From the NCBI GenBank assembly GCA_963785725.1, contig CAWAWS010000014.1, positions 288,001-352,000 on the forward strand: a stretch of 64,000 nt of DNA. The letters run 5' to 3'. The notes below the pieces were generated by a model that was given only the letters and a program-made list of their open reading frames with translations, ran no database searches and had not been told where the DNA came from. This DNA comes from an uncultured delta proteobacterium. Its GTDB lineage: Bacteria; Myxococcota_A; Polyangia; Palsa-1104. Positions 43,759 through 53,714 of this stretch are shown here, one piece after another; positions within the stretch are counted from its first letter, which is position 1, and the number at the start of each line of letters is the position of its first letter. A program made the translations under genes and the position numbers.

Positions 43759-44775
43759 ATGGAAGACCGCAACCTGGCATTGGAGCTGGTGCGCGTGACG
43801 GAAGCGGCCGCGCTCAACTGCGCGCGCTGGATGGGACGCGGCGACGCCAAAGGCGCCGACCAGGCGGCCGTCGACGCCATGCGCCGCGCGTTCGACGGCG
43901 TGCGCGTGCGCGGCACCGTCGTCATCGGCGAGGGCGAGCGCGACGAAGCGCCGATGCTGTTCATCGGCGAGCAGGTCGGCGCCGGCTGGCCCGGCAACGA
44001 GAATTCCCGCGCCGACAAAGAGGAATTCGCGCCGCGCGTCGACATCGCCGTCGATCCGCTCGAGGGCACGAACCTGTGTGCCACCGGATCGCCGGGCGCG
44101 CTCGCCGTCATCGCCATCGCCGACGACGGCAAGTTCCTGAACGCGCCCGACACGTACATGGACAAGATCGCGGTCGGCCCCGACGGCAAAGGCGTCATCG
44201 ACCTCACCAAGTCGGCGACCTGGAACTTGAGCGCGCTCGCCGAAGCCAAGGGCACGAAGGTCGAGGACTTGACGGCGATCATCCTGGAGCGCGATCGCCA
44301 TCAAGCGCTGATCGAGGAGGTGCGCAAAGCGGGCGCGCGCATTCGCCTCATCAGCGACGGCGACGTCTCGGCGGCGATCGCGACGTGCAAAGACGGCACC
44401 GGCATCGACGTCCTGTTCGGCACCGGCGGCGCGCCCGAAGGCGTGTTGGCGGCGGCCGCGCTGCGTTGCCTCGGCGGCGAAATGCAGGGCAAGCTCAACT
44501 ATCGCAACGACGGCGAGCGCGTCCGCGCCGAGAAGATGGGCGTCACCGATCACAACAAGATCTACAAGCTCGACGAGCTGGCGCAGGGCAACGTCATGTT
44601 CGCCGCCACCGGCGTCACCGACGGGCCGTTCTTGAAAGGCGTGCGCTTCTTCAAGAACGGCGCGGCCACGCAGTCGATCGTCATGCGCTCGCAGTCGGGC
44701 ACGGTGCGCATCGTCGACGCCGACCACGACTTCGTGCGCAAGCCCAACTTCGGCTGGCTCAAGGACGCGCGCTAA
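43759..44775 (+). CDS. glpX: class II fructose-1,6-bisphosphatase
   Basis: RVTEAAA, VIGEGERDEAPML, DIAVDPLEGT, GGAPEGV, FAATGVTDG. Confidence 0.96.
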   Translation: MEDRNLALELVRVTEAAALNCARWMGRGDAKGADQAAVDAMRRAFDGVRVRGTVVIGEGERDEAPMLFIGEQVGAGWPGNENSRADKEEFAPRVDIAVDPLEGTNLCATGSPGALAVIAIADDGKFLNAPDTYMDKIAVGPDGKGVIDLTKSATWNLSALAEAKGTKVEDLTAIILERDRHQALIEEVRKAGARIRLISDGDVSAAIATCKDGTGIDVLFGTGGAPEGVLAAAALRCLGGEMQGKLNYRNDGERVRAEKMGVTDHNKIYKLDELAQGNVMFAATGVTDGPFLKGVRFFKNGAATQSIVMRSQSGTVRIVDADHDFVRKPNFGWLKDAR

Positions 44776-44776
44776 A

Positions 44777-45789
44777 TCAGCCTTGCCTTAGTTTTTGCCA
44801 CAGAACCTCCGCGCTCAGCGACGGCGGAGGTTGATTCTCGTACGATTTTACCAATTCCACCAAGCGCGTATTGAATGGCGTTTCGATCGCATGTTTGCGA
44901 CCGAGGGCGACGATTTCGCCGTTGAGCAGGTCGACTTCGGTCGGTTCGCCCGCGCTGCAGGTCTTCCCACATCGACGACCGCGCCGACGGATCGACGTTC
45001 ACCATCTTGCGCGCCAGGAGCTTGAAGATCGGCGTCGGCAGCTCCATCAGCGGCGGGATCCACGACGTCGGCACGGGCGCGTCGAACTCGGCCGCGATCT
45101 GCGCGCGCGTGAGCACGGCGTGACCTTCGCGAATGACGGCGGCCATGATGCGGCGATAGCCGCGCGACGCCAGCTGCTCGGCGAGCGGCACGTTCGCCAG
45201 CGCGTTGACGGCGTTATTGAGGTTGAACAGCAGCTTGCCCCACAAAATCGGCGCCAGATCGGGCACGACGTCGGTGGCGATGCCGGCCTGCACGAGCGCG
45301 GCGGCGATCGGCGGCGCGACGCCGGTCGGCAATTGCGCGATGGCGAGCCGGCCGCTCGTCGCCTGGTGAAAATGAGTCTCGCCTTTGCCGAGCACGTTGA
45401 AGCCGACCATGCCGGCGACGACCGCGCGCGGTGACAAGGCGGCGTCGAGCTGCGCGCCGTTGTGCACGCCGTTCTGCAAGCTGACGACGATCGCCTCTTT
45501 GCCGACGATGGGCGCGAGCGCCGCGCCGGCCGCTTGCGTGTCGCGCGCTTTGACGGTGACGAGCACGCACTCGCAGGCGGCGAGCGCGTCGGCCGACGGT
45601 GGCGACGGCGAGCGCGCGCGGCGGCAAGCTGACGTCGAAGCCGTGCAGGTCGCTCACGCGCAAACCGCCGGCCGCGATCGCAGCCGCGCGCGGCGCGCGC
45701 ACGACGAGCGTGACGGCGACGCCCGACGCCGCCAGCCGCCCGCCGACATACGCGCCAATCGAGCCGGCGCCATAGACGCCGACGCGCAT
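44777..45789 (-). pseudogene. panE: 2-dehydropantoate 2-reductase split by two +1 insertions (possibly sequencing error)
   Basis: GAGSIG, VTVK, SLQNG, WGKLLFN, SSMWEDL, PTEVDLLNG; extra bases at ~45597 and ~44946; the corrected frame ends at TGA 44777. Confidence 0.85.
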
Positions 45790-46664
45790 CACGTTTTGGG
45801 GTGCGCCATCAGCCAGTCGAAGATCTCGTTGCCCCACTCGGGGATCTGGAAGTGCGGCACGTGACCGACGCCGTGCATCGTCCACAATTCGGCGGCGCCG
45901 ACGGGACAGCTCCAAGCCGCGCCGCTGGTCTCGTTGCCGGCGACGACGACGTCGAAGTCGTAGGTCTTGCCGGTGTCCTGCAAACCGCCGGTGCAGTCGT
46001 TCTTCATCGCCCACACGCCGATCGAGGCCATCGCCGACGGCATGAGGCCCATGCCGTCGTACGGGACTTCGGTGTCGGCGTCGCCGTGAATCTGCAGCGC
46101 AGCGACGGGAACCGACGGGTTGCACTTCGACGGATCTTCCCAGTTGTCGCCGGCGAGCGCGGCGATGGCGGCGATCTTGGGCGCGCTGTCGCAGCCCATG
46201 CGATGCGCCATGAAGCCGCCGTTGGAGTGGCCGACGAAGAAGACGCGCTTCTCGTCGATGGCGAAGTGGATGGCGACATCGTCGACGACGGCGTTCAAGT
46301 AGGCGACGTCATCGACGGGCGAGTTGTCGATGTTGCAGCAGGCGTCGGTGGCGTTCCAGAAGCGGTTGCCGGTCGAGTCGATGGTGCCGTCGGGATGCGC
46401 GACGTAGACCTGGCGTTGATCGGCGAGCGTCGAGAAGCCGAACAGCGCGTCTTGCAGGAGACCGTCGGCGCTGTAGCCGTGCAAGAGCACGATGAGCGGC
46501 AGCGGCTTGGTCGGATCGGAGCCGCCCGGGATGTCGATGTCGTACGGCCGCGCGACGATGAGCGGGTTCGGCGGCTGTGACATATCGGCAGGGCTGGTGT
46601 TTCCGGCCGGTTTCGACGAGCAGGCCGAGCAAGCTAATAGCGCGAGAATCATGGATTGGCGCAT
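45789..46664 (-). CDS. PHB-depolymerase/LpqC-like esterase lipoprotein
   Basis: Lipobox-like CSA-C, LLHGY, WNA, GHSNGG, HGDAD, GVGH; start ATG 46664. Confidence 0.88.
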   Translation of the reverse strand: MRQSMILALLACSACSSKPAGNTSPADMSQPPNPLIVARPYDIDIPGGSDPTKPLPLIVLLHGYSADGLLQDALFGFSTLADQRQVYVAHPDGTIDSTGNRFWNATDACCNIDNSPVDDVAYLNAVVDDVAIHFAIDEKRVFFVGHSNGGFMAHRMGCDSAPKIAAIAALAGDNWEDPSKCNPSVPVAALQIHGDADTEVPYDGMGLMPSAMASIGVWAMKNDCTGGLQDTGKTYDFDVVVAGNETSGAAWSCPVGAAELWTMHGVGHVPHFQIPEWGNEIFDWLMAHPKT

Positions 46665-46824
46665 GGCCGGCATCATACACGCGGCGTCGCCGAATGTCGG
46701 GCGGTGCGCATGTCGGGCGGCGCACGTTCGAAAGCGCGCGAAAGTGCGGATTCGCGCGAGCCCAAGGTTTCGATCCGAGGCACTAGCAGAGGGAAACCCG
46801 CGAGAAACCTCGAACGCGGTAGCT

Positions 46825-46840
46825 TGGCACCCTGGTTGCT
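46825..46840 (+). promoter_or_regulatory. sigma54 (-24/-12) promoter
   Basis: TGGCAC-CCTGG-TTGCT, consensus spacing, 31 nt upstream of the mvaS start. Confidence 0.8.
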
Positions 46841-46871
46841 CTCGCGATTGCCATTCGCGGAGGAGATGTAC

Positions 46872-48071
46872 ATGCCCACGATCGGAATCGACGCCATCGC
46901 GCTCGCTGTACCTGAAGGCTACTTGGATCTGGCCGATCTGGCCGCGGCGCGCGGCGTACCCGCCGGGAAATATGTCGAAGGGCTCGGCGTTTCGCGCATG
47001 TCGGTGGCGCGGCAGCACGAAGATCCGGTGGCGCTGGGCGCGACGGCGGCGCGGCGCGTGTTGACGACGGCGGGCATCGATCCCTCGACGATCGGGCTTT
47101 GTGTCGTCGGCACCGAGACGGCGGTCGATCACTCGAAGCCGGTCGCGGCCTACCTCCATCGCATGCTCGGCTTGCCGCAGCGCTGCCGCGTGTTCGAGGC
47201 CAAGCACGCCTGCTTCGGCGGCACCGCCGGCTTGCTCGCGGCGCTCGACTGGATCAAGGCCGGCTCGGCGCACGGTCGCAAGGCGCTCATCGTGTGCACC
47301 GACATCGCGCGCTATGGCCTACAGACGGCGGGCGAGCCGACGCAGGGCGCGGGCGCGGTGGCGATCGTCGTGTCGGAGAATCCGCGGCTGCTCGAGCTCG
47401 AAGTGGGCGTGACCGGCTCGTACTCGCAGGACGTCAACGACTTCTGGCGGCCGCTGTACTCGAAGGAGGCGGTCGTCGACGGGCATCACTCGGTGCAGTG
47501 CTACTTGGATGCGCTTGCGGGCGCGTACAAGAGCTGGCAGGAGACGGCGGCGGAAGCGGGCGTGTCGGGCGAGCTCGTGCGTCGCTGCTATCACGTGCCG
47601 TACGGCAAGATGGCGAAGAAGGCGCATCGCCACGTCATGCAGCTCGAGGGCAAGAGCGAGGCCGAGGCCGACGCGTCGTACACGCTCGAGGTCGCGCCGT
47701 CGCTGCGCTTGCCGTCGCAGGTCGGCAACATCTACACGGGCTCGCTGTACCTGGCGCTGGCGTCGCTGCTCGAGGCGGAGGCGGGCGATCTCGAGGGCAA
47801 GCGCATCGGGCTCTTCAGCTACGGCTCGGGCTGCTGCGCGGAGCATTTCGCGGGCACGGTCGTCGCGGGCGCGGGCGCGTTCGCGGAGTCGCTGCAGCTG
47901 GCGGCGCCGTTGAAAGACCGTCGGCGCTACACGTTCGCGGAGTACGAGCTGATCCGGCAGCGCGACGAGCATGTCGATTCGCGGCCGGTCAACGGCGACG
48001 CGCACGACGGGCCGGAGGGCTCGGTGGCGTTCCTCGGCGTCGATAGCGACCGCCGCATGTACAACGCGTAG
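46872..48071 (+). CDS. mvaS: hydroxymethylglutaryl-CoA synthase
   Basis: GTETAVDHSK, KHACFGG, EPTQGAGAVA, DFWRP, HVPY, GNIYTGS, FSYGSG; GGAGGA RBS. Confidence 0.93.
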   Translation: MPTIGIDAIALAVPEGYLDLADLAAARGVPAGKYVEGLGVSRMSVARQHEDPVALGATAARRVLTTAGIDPSTIGLCVVGTETAVDHSKPVAAYLHRMLGLPQRCRVFEAKHACFGGTAGLLAALDWIKAGSAHGRKALIVCTDIARYGLQTAGEPTQGAGAVAIVVSENPRLLELEVGVTGSYSQDVNDFWRPLYSKEAVVDGHHSVQCYLDALAGAYKSWQETAAEAGVSGELVRRCYHVPYGKMAKKAHRHVMQLEGKSEAEADASYTLEVAPSLRLPSQVGNIYTGSLYLALASLLEAEAGDLEGKRIGLFSYGSGCCAEHFAGTVVAGAGAFAESLQLAAPLKDRRRYTFAEYELIRQRDEHVDSRPVNGDAHDGPEGSVAFLGVDSDRRMYNA

Positions 48072-48085
48072 CTGACGTGCGATCG

Positions 48086-48118
48086 CGAGGACGCGCGCGG
48101 ATGGCGTGCGCGTCCTCG
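48086..48118 (+). terminator. strong hairpin after mvaS
   Basis: CGAGGACGCGC...GCGCGTCCTCG stem. Confidence 0.5.
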
Positions 48119-48250
48119 ATCTTCATCGGCGTTTCCTGCGACAGCTTCCGCTGCGTTAGCTTTCCTGCGGTTCCCGCGTCTCGTTCGTTCCTACGGTTCA
48201 AATGGTTCGGGCGTGTTGGCTTCGACGCGCGGGCGGGCTGTGCCCGTGCG

Positions 48251-48370
48251 CGTCGAAGCTCCGTCGGACTCCGTCATCGGTTGAGCGCGCAGAGTCGTGG
48301 ATGGCTTATCGCGGGCTTGGTCTCGAAGCGCCGACGTTCGCCCCCAAACGCAGAGTCACGAAGTCAGCAC
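48251..48370 (+). repeat. dispersed intergenic repeat, copy 2
   Basis: Aligns with 38046-38164 over about 120 bp. Confidence 0.85.
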
Positions 48371-48400
48371 CTGCTTTGAAGTTGGCGCGGGCGGGGTGAC

Positions 48401-49279
48401 TTATAGGCGGGCGGCGGAGAGGCCGAACATGAGCGGCAGGCCGTCGTGCGTGGCGGGCGCGGCGAAGCGGCCGGCGCCGAGGTCGCGCATGTCGGCGAGC
48501 GGTTGCCAGCCGTTGGCGTAGGGCCATTCGCGCAGCTGCTCGAGGCGCAGGCCGGCGCGCAAGACGGCGTCGACGACGTCGGCGAGGCTCCATTGGAATT
48601 CGTGGGAATGGTCGGGGTTGACGAAGCCGCGATCGCCGTCGATCCAGCCGCTCGGCGTGAGCGCGCTGCCGCTCAAACCGACGTAGTCGCCGACGCCGGC
48701 CGTCTCGGGGCGCGCGACGCCGCTCGTCGTGTACGGGTAGGCGAAGCGACCCTGCTCGTCGAGCATCATCGCGAACGGGTGGAACTCGACGAGCACGAGG
48801 CGACCGCCGGGCGCGAGCACGCGGGCGACGCCGCTCATGAGCGTCGTCAGATCGGAAAGCCAGCCGATGACGCCGTAGGACATGAAGACGCGATCGAAGC
48901 TGCGTCGTTCGTGCGCGGCGCGCGGCAGCCAGTCGTAGACGTCGGCGCGCTCGAAGCGGCCGGGCAGGCCGGAGTCGGCGGCGAGCTGCGTGGCGAAGGC
49001 GACGGCCTCGTCGCTGATGTCGACGCCGGTGACGCGCGCGCCGAGCCGCGCCAACGACAGCGTGTCTTGGCCGCTGTTGCAGCTGAGGTGGAGGAGGCTG
49101 CGGCCGGACAGCTCGCCGAGCAGCTCGCGCTCCTCGGGAAACAGCGTCAGGCCGCCACCGCGCAAGAAGGCCGCCTGATCGTGCTTATGGCTGTTGTGAA
49201 CGACGGTCGCGCGATTCCAGGACCGGCGGTTCTGCTCGTGCAGATCGCGGCGAACGCGGTCGTCTTCGCCCGACGACAT
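48401..49279 (-). CDS. class I SAM-dependent methyltransferase
   Basis: NRRSWN, LLHLSCNSGQDTLSLAR.GA.VTGVDIS, EFHPF; start ATG 49279. Confidence 0.88.
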   Translation of the reverse strand: MSSGEDDRVRRDLHEQNRRSWNRATVVHNSHKHDQAAFLRGGGLTLFPEERELLGELSGRSLLHLSCNSGQDTLSLARLGARVTGVDISDEAVAFATQLAADSGLPGRFERADVYDWLPRAAHERRSFDRVFMSYGVIGWLSDLTTLMSGVARVLAPGGRLVLVEFHPFAMMLDEQGRFAYPYTTSGVARPETAGVGDYVGLSGSALTPSGWIDGDRGFVNPDHSHEFQWSLADVVDAVLRAGLRLEQLREWPYANGWQPLADMRDLGAGRFAAPATHDGLPLMFGLSAARL

Positions 49280-49737
49280 CAGCCGGCGAGCAGGGACTCG
49301 GCGATGCGCTTGACGTCGCCGGCTTCGACCAGGCCCTTGTGCGACTTCATGATGTCGCCCACGAGCTTGCCGATCTGCTTGACGTCGCTGACGCCGAGCG
49401 CCGTGATGCGCTCTTGCACCAGCGCCTTCAACGCCGCTTCGTCCATTCCCTTCGGCAGGAAACGCTCGCAGAATTGGATCTCGAAGCGCAGCTCGGCCGC
49501 CTGCTCTTGGCCTTTTTCGCCGATCTTCTCGAACTCCTCGAGCGCCTTTTGCATCTGCTTGCGATAGGCGGCGATGACGTCGGTGATGAGCGCGTCGTCG
49601 ACTTCGCCGGTGAACCCTTTGGAAGTACGCCGCTCCATGATCTTCGTCTTGAGCATGCGCACCACGTCGGACGTGCGCTGGTCCTTGTCCCTCATCGACT
49701 GCTTGAGGGTGTCGTTGAGCTGCTGCTCGAGTGGCAT
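49279..49737 (-). CDS. GatB/YqeY domain protein
   Basis: LKQSMRDKD...RMLK, FLPK, IGKLVG; GGAGG RBS before ATG 49737. Confidence 0.88.
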   Translation of the reverse strand: MPLEQQLNDTLKQSMRDKDQRTSDVVRMLKTKIMERRTSKGFTGEVDDALITDVIAAYRKQMQKALEEFEKIGEKGQEQAAELRFEIQFCERFLPKGMDEAALKALVQERITALGVSDVKQIGKLVGDIMKSHKGLVEAGDVKRIAESLLAG

Positions 49738-49767
49738 CGGATCCTCCCGTCGCTGTGATAGCATGAA

Positions 49768-50802
49768 ATGAGAGTGAAGCGCGTTCTCGTCCTGCATACC
49801 GGTGGCACGCTGGGCATGTCGTCGAGCGGCGGGCCGTCGCCGCTGTCGCCCGATACTTATGCGCACGCGATCTTGTCGCGCGTGCCCGAGCTGGCGTCGC
49901 TGGCGCACGTCGAGACACGGATCTTGTGCAACCTCGATTCGTCCGACATCGGGCCCGACGAGTGGAGCGCGCTGGCCGACGAGGTCGCTCAGGCTCGCGA
50001 GCGCGCCGACGGCATCGTCGTCATCCACGGCACGGACACGATGGCCTATACGGCGGCGGCGCTGTCGTTCGCGCTCGCGGGGCTCGATCGACCGGTCGTG
50101 CTCACGGGGTCGCAGCGGCCGCTCGGCGAGATCCGTTCGGACGCGCGCCGCAACCTCGTCGACGCCGTGGATTTGGCGACGCGCGATCTGCCGGAAGTGG
50201 GCGTCTGCTTCGATGGGCAGCTCTTGCGCGGCAATCGCGCGACGAAGGGTGACGCCTGGTCGTATTCGGCGTTCGCGTCGCCGAATTGCCCGCCGTTGGC
50301 GCGACTGGGGCTCGATGTCGAGATCGGCGCGCACGTGCGGCGTCCGCAGCAGCCGTTCGCGGTGGATGCGCGGTTCGATCCACGCGTCGCCGTCTGCTAC
50401 GTCACGCCGGCGATGGCGCCGGCGCTGCTCGAGCGCGTCGGCGCCGGCGAAGGCGACGGTGGCATCCGCGGTGTCGTCTTGGCCGCGTTCGGCGTCGGCA
50501 ACGTGCCGGCGCGCGCGCGTTCGATCGCGACCGCAGTGCAGCGGCTCACCGACAGCGGGGTCACGACGCTCGTGGTCACGCAGGCGCACGCCGGCGCCGT
50601 CGACCTCGCGCTCTACGCCAACGGCGTCTGCTTGCGCGACGCGGGCGCGTTGTCGGGCGGCGACATGGGCATCGAAGCCGCTGTCGCCAAGCTGATGCAC
50701 GCGCTCGCCCGCTTCCCCGACGACGCCGCCGCGCGCGCCGCGTACCTCACGTCCGACGTCGCCGGCGAGCGCGGCGACGGCCGCGTCCACATCCGCGACT
50801 GA
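49768..50802 (+). CDS. ansA: L-asparaginase type I
   Basis: HTGGTLGM, DSS, HGTDTMAY, TGSQRP, RGNRATK. Confidence 0.93.
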   Translation: MRVKRVLVLHTGGTLGMSSSGGPSPLSPDTYAHAILSRVPELASLAHVETRILCNLDSSDIGPDEWSALADEVAQARERADGIVVIHGTDTMAYTAAALSFALAGLDRPVVLTGSQRPLGEIRSDARRNLVDAVDLATRDLPEVGVCFDGQLLRGNRATKGDAWSYSAFASPNCPPLARLGLDVEIGAHVRRPQQPFAVDARFDPRVAVCYVTPAMAPALLERVGAGEGDGGIRGVVLAAFGVGNVPARARSIATAVQRLTDSGVTTLVVTQAHAGAVDLALYANGVCLRDAGALSGGDMGIEAAVAKLMHALARFPDDAAARAAYLTSDVAGERGDGRVHIRD

Positions 50803-50845
50803 CGCCGCCGCCACGGCACGTTCGCTCGCGGCGACGCGTGAAGCC

Positions 50846-50940
50846 GTGCTTGCGTCTGACGTTGCGCTTGGCGGCGAACGTCGGCGCTCCGAGACCAAGC
50901 CCGGAATAAACCATCGATCGCTTTGCGCGCTCCACCGATG
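50846..50940 (-). repeat. dispersed intergenic repeat, copy 3
   Basis: Reverse complement reads CATCGGTGGAGCGCGCAAAG...GGTTTATTCCGGGCTTGGTCTCGGAGCGCCGACGTTCGCC...AGCAC. Confidence 0.82.
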
Positions 50941-50962
50941 TCCGGCCCACTGCCCGACGCGG

Positions 50963-51718
50963 CTACCGCCCCGTAAACCGCGGTTTCCGCTTGTCGCGAA
51001 ATGCCGCCTTCGCCTCGGCCGCATCCGCGCTCGCCCAAGCCGCCTGCACGATCCCGGCGATCTCCGCCGCCGCCGAATCCCCACCCGACTGCAGCAGCTC
51101 CAACACCCGCCGCGTCCCCGCGATCGCCAGCGGCGCCCCGCGCGCCATCTCCGTCGCCAACGCCACCGCTGTCGCCACGACATCCTCGCGCGCCACCACG
51201 CGATCGACCAAGCCCCAGCCGAGCGCGCGCTCCGCCGTCACCGCCGTCGCCGTCAGGAACAGCTCACGCGTGCGCGACAGCCCGCACAGCGCGACGAACC
51301 GCCGCAGCCCCGTCGGCGCGTAGACGAGCCCGAGCCGCACGGGCGGCATCATCAACGTGACCGCTTCGTGCGCCACCCGCAGATCGCACGTCGCCGCCAG
51401 CTCGCAGCCGCCGCCGATCGCCGGGCCATTCAACGCCGCGATCACCGGCAGCGGCCCGTCGCTGACCGCCGCCAACGCCGCGCCCATCGGGTTGACCGTC
51501 GGCGCGCCCGTCGGCAACGCCGCGATGTCGAAGCCCGACGAGAACCAATCGCCGCCGCTCGTCAACACCACGGCGCGCACACCCAGCGACGGCAGCTCAC
51601 CCAAACGCGCCACCAGCCCGTCGAGCATCGTCGGGTCGAGCGCGTTCTTCTTCTTCTCGTTGTGCAGCGTCAGGATGGCGATGTCGTCTCGCCGCTCGAA
51701 CGCAATGTCGCCGCTCAT
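50963..51718 (-). CDS. enoyl-CoA hydratase/isomerase family protein
   Basis: KKNAL, FSSGFDI, GPAIGGGCEL, AFRDKRKPRFTG. Confidence 0.9.
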   Translation of the reverse strand: MSGDIAFERRDDIAILTLHNEKKKNALDPTMLDGLVARLGELPSLGVRAVVLTSGGDWFSSGFDIAALPTGAPTVNPMGAALAAVSDGPLPVIAALNGPAIGGGCELAATCDLRVAHEAVTLMMPPVRLGLVYAPTGLRRFVALCGLSRTRELFLTATAVTAERALGWGLVDRVVAREDVVATAVALATEMARGAPLAIAGTRRVLELLQSGGDSAAAEIAGIVQAAWASADAAEAKAAFRDKRKPRFTGR

Positions 51719-51775
51719 CGGCAAACCGTACGCGCGCGCGCCGTCGCCGGCAAGCGCGTCATCGTGGGCGCGGCG

Positions 51776-53044
51776 CTACTTGTTGCCGCCCGAAGTGATG
51801 ACGAGATTCGCGCCTTTGCGCTCGACCTTCAGCGTGACATCGGACGTCCCGACATGCAGCGGCACATCGCGCGATTCGCCTTCGGGCACCGTCACCTCGG
51901 CGTGCACCTCCGGCGCATTCCAACGCTGCGCCAGCTGCACGACGCCGAAGATGATGATCAAGAGCGCCATCGCACCGACGAGCAGCGGCGCCGTCATCGA
52001 CGACGACGACGTGAGCTTCTCGACCGGCGCCTCTTTCGGCGCCGCCGCTTTGCGCCGCTCGGTGAAGATATGCACCGCACGCACGCCCGGTCGCCCCTTG
52101 GCCAACAAGTCGAGATCGAAGAGCGCGATCACTTCCGTCCCTTGACCCGGCGACAAGTTGAAGACGAGCTTGTTGGCGTTCTTCAGCGCCGTCACCAAGC
52201 CCAAACCGGCGCCCGACTCCTTCTGCTCCGGCGTCAGCGACTTGAGCGTGCCCTTCGACAAGAACTTCACGACCGTGTCCTTGTCGAGCGACCCATACGC
52301 ATCGCGCACGGCCACCGCGAACAGCTGCCCGTTCGACGCGCACGCCACTTTCACCGGCCGATCGAACGTCTTGCCCGCCATCTCCTTGCGCGGCAGATGC
52401 TGATAGAGCGGCTTGCCGTTCTCGTCGGCGGGCGCGTGATACATGGCGTTGATGAGCAGCTCTTCGGAGACGAGCGCCATGCGATCGCGCACCGGACCGC
52501 GCGCGCCCGCCAGCTCGGCATAGGCGTTGAGCACGTCGAGCGCCTTGACCTTCTCTTCGTAGCCGGCGATCTCCATGTTGTAGAGCGTCACGCCCCACGG
52601 GAAATACTTCTGCAGGCCGAAGACTTGGCCGTGCAAGAGCTTGGTCACCGTGACGATGAAGTCCTCGGGCTCGAACTCGTCGTCGAAGGTGATGACGCTC
52701 GAGCAGCGCGGCGAACGCAGGCTCTCGACCATCTGCCCGAAGTCCTGCGCCCCGACGATGGCGATGAGCCGCACCTCGGGAAACACCGTCGCCAGGTCCT
52801 TCATCTTCGGCGCCGACGGCGAGCGCAGATCGACCGCGATCAGCGACGGCGCCTCCGCCGGCAGCTTCGACAGGTCGCTGATGAACTCGGTGACCGCGCC
52901 CGTCGCCGTCATCAGCCGCTTGAGCGAACGGCGCATCGACGCCTCGCTCGAGACGATGAGGATCTTGTGGCGCAGCATGGCGTCGACGCCGCGGCGACGC
53001 TCCTTCGGCTGCTCCTCCGCTTGCTCCTTCGTCGCTGCCGCCAT
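51776..53044 (-). CDS. receiver-like plus GHKL (RsbW-like) ATPase, C-terminal TM anchor
   Basis: KILIVSSE..LIAVD; ELLINAMYHA, VRDAYG, GAGLGL; TM LLVGAMALLIIIFGVV. Confidence 0.8.
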   Translation of the reverse strand: MAAATKEQAEEQPKERRRGVDAMLRHKILIVSSEASMRRSLKRLMTATGAVTEFISDLSKLPAEAPSLIAVDLRSPSAPKMKDLATVFPEVRLIAIVGAQDFGQMVESLRSPRCSSVITFDDEFEPEDFIVTVTKLLHGQVFGLQKYFPWGVTLYNMEIAGYEEKVKALDVLNAYAELAGARGPVRDRMALVSEELLINAMYHAPADENGKPLYQHLPRKEMAGKTFDRPVKVACASNGQLFAVAVRDAYGSLDKDTVVKFLSKGTLKSLTPEQKESGAGLGLVTALKNANKLVFNLSPGQGTEVIALFDLDLLAKGRPGVRAVHIFTERRKAAAPKEAPVEKLTSSSSMTAPLLVGAMALLIIIFGVVQLAQRWNAPEVHAEVTVPEGESRDVPLHVGTSDVTLKVERKGANLVITSGGNK

Positions 53045-53047
53045 CCG

Positions 53048-53626
53048 TTATCCTGTCTTGGCCTTCACGGCGGCCGGCGCCTGGCCGCGTTGCGCCTTCT
53101 CGGCCAGCTCGAGCCGCGCCCGCACGCCCGTCGTCTCTTTATGATCGGCTTCGAGCCTGCCGATCTCCTCTTTGCGCGTGTCGATCTCCTTCTCGAAGTC
53201 GGCGATCGCGCGCTTCAAGTTGCCGACGCGCTCCTCGAGATCCTTGGTCTTGCGATCGGCGTCGGCGATGATCTCCGACACCTTGACCTTCATCGACTCG
53301 AGCGTCCCTTTGATGACCTGGACGACCAGCTCCGGGTTCTGATCGACCGGCAACAGGCGCATCAGCTCGATCGCCTGATTGATGCCGTAAGTCGGACGCG
53401 GCGGCTCCTCGTCCTCGACGATCACGCGCGCCGACGGCTGTGGCGCGGCGGCGGCGGCCGGTTGCGCACCGGCAGCCCCTGCGGCCGGCTTGGCGGCGCC
53501 CGCGGCCGGCGCGTTACGTGGTCCCGACAGCGATACCGTTTCTTGCGGCGAGTCGTAATACCCGGCCTCGTCATCCCCTTGCGCCGCGGCCTTCTCGTCG
53601 CCCTTCTTGCCTCCGAAGAGCTTCAT
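53048..53626 (-). CDS. hypothetical protein with C-terminal coiled coil
   Basis: GAGGAGG RBS before ATG 53626; disordered N-terminal half, then YGINQAIELMR and a heptad region. Confidence 0.82.
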   Translation of the reverse strand: MKLFGGKKGDEKAAAQGDDEAGYYDSPQETVSLSGPRNAPAAGAAKPAAGAAGAQPAAAAAPQPSARVIVEDEEPPRPTYGINQAIELMRLLPVDQNPELVVQVIKGTLESMKVKVSEIIADADRKTKDLEERVGNLKRAIADFEKEIDTRKEEIGRLEADHKETTGVRARLELAEKAQRGQAPAAVKAKTG

Positions 53627-53714
53627 GTCGGGTTCCTCCTCGTCGCTTGATTTTAACCCAGCTTCGCAAACGACGTAAGATGGGAAAACACCGCACGCGC
53701 CGATTCCGATCGAC

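Noticed and set aside
48202..48399. Small peptides encoded by the dispersed repeat (MAYRGLGLEAPTFA / MVYSGLGLGAPTFA)
   Set aside because: Copy 1 lacks the ATG, there is no RBS, and substitutions are not biased to synonymous sites; DNA homology explains the similarity.
50915..50935. c-di-GMP-I riboswitch (GCGCAAAG in repeat copy 3)
   Set aside because: The upstream GGCAAA/GNRA stem is absent, and the copies sit downstream of genes.
50846..53650. 934-aa ORF on +, and similar long ORFs (5256-7403, 15734-17701, 42020-43552, 33502-35259)
   Set aside because: Arg/Ala-rich shadow frames overlapping well-supported genes, as expected in high-GC DNA; no recognisable motifs.
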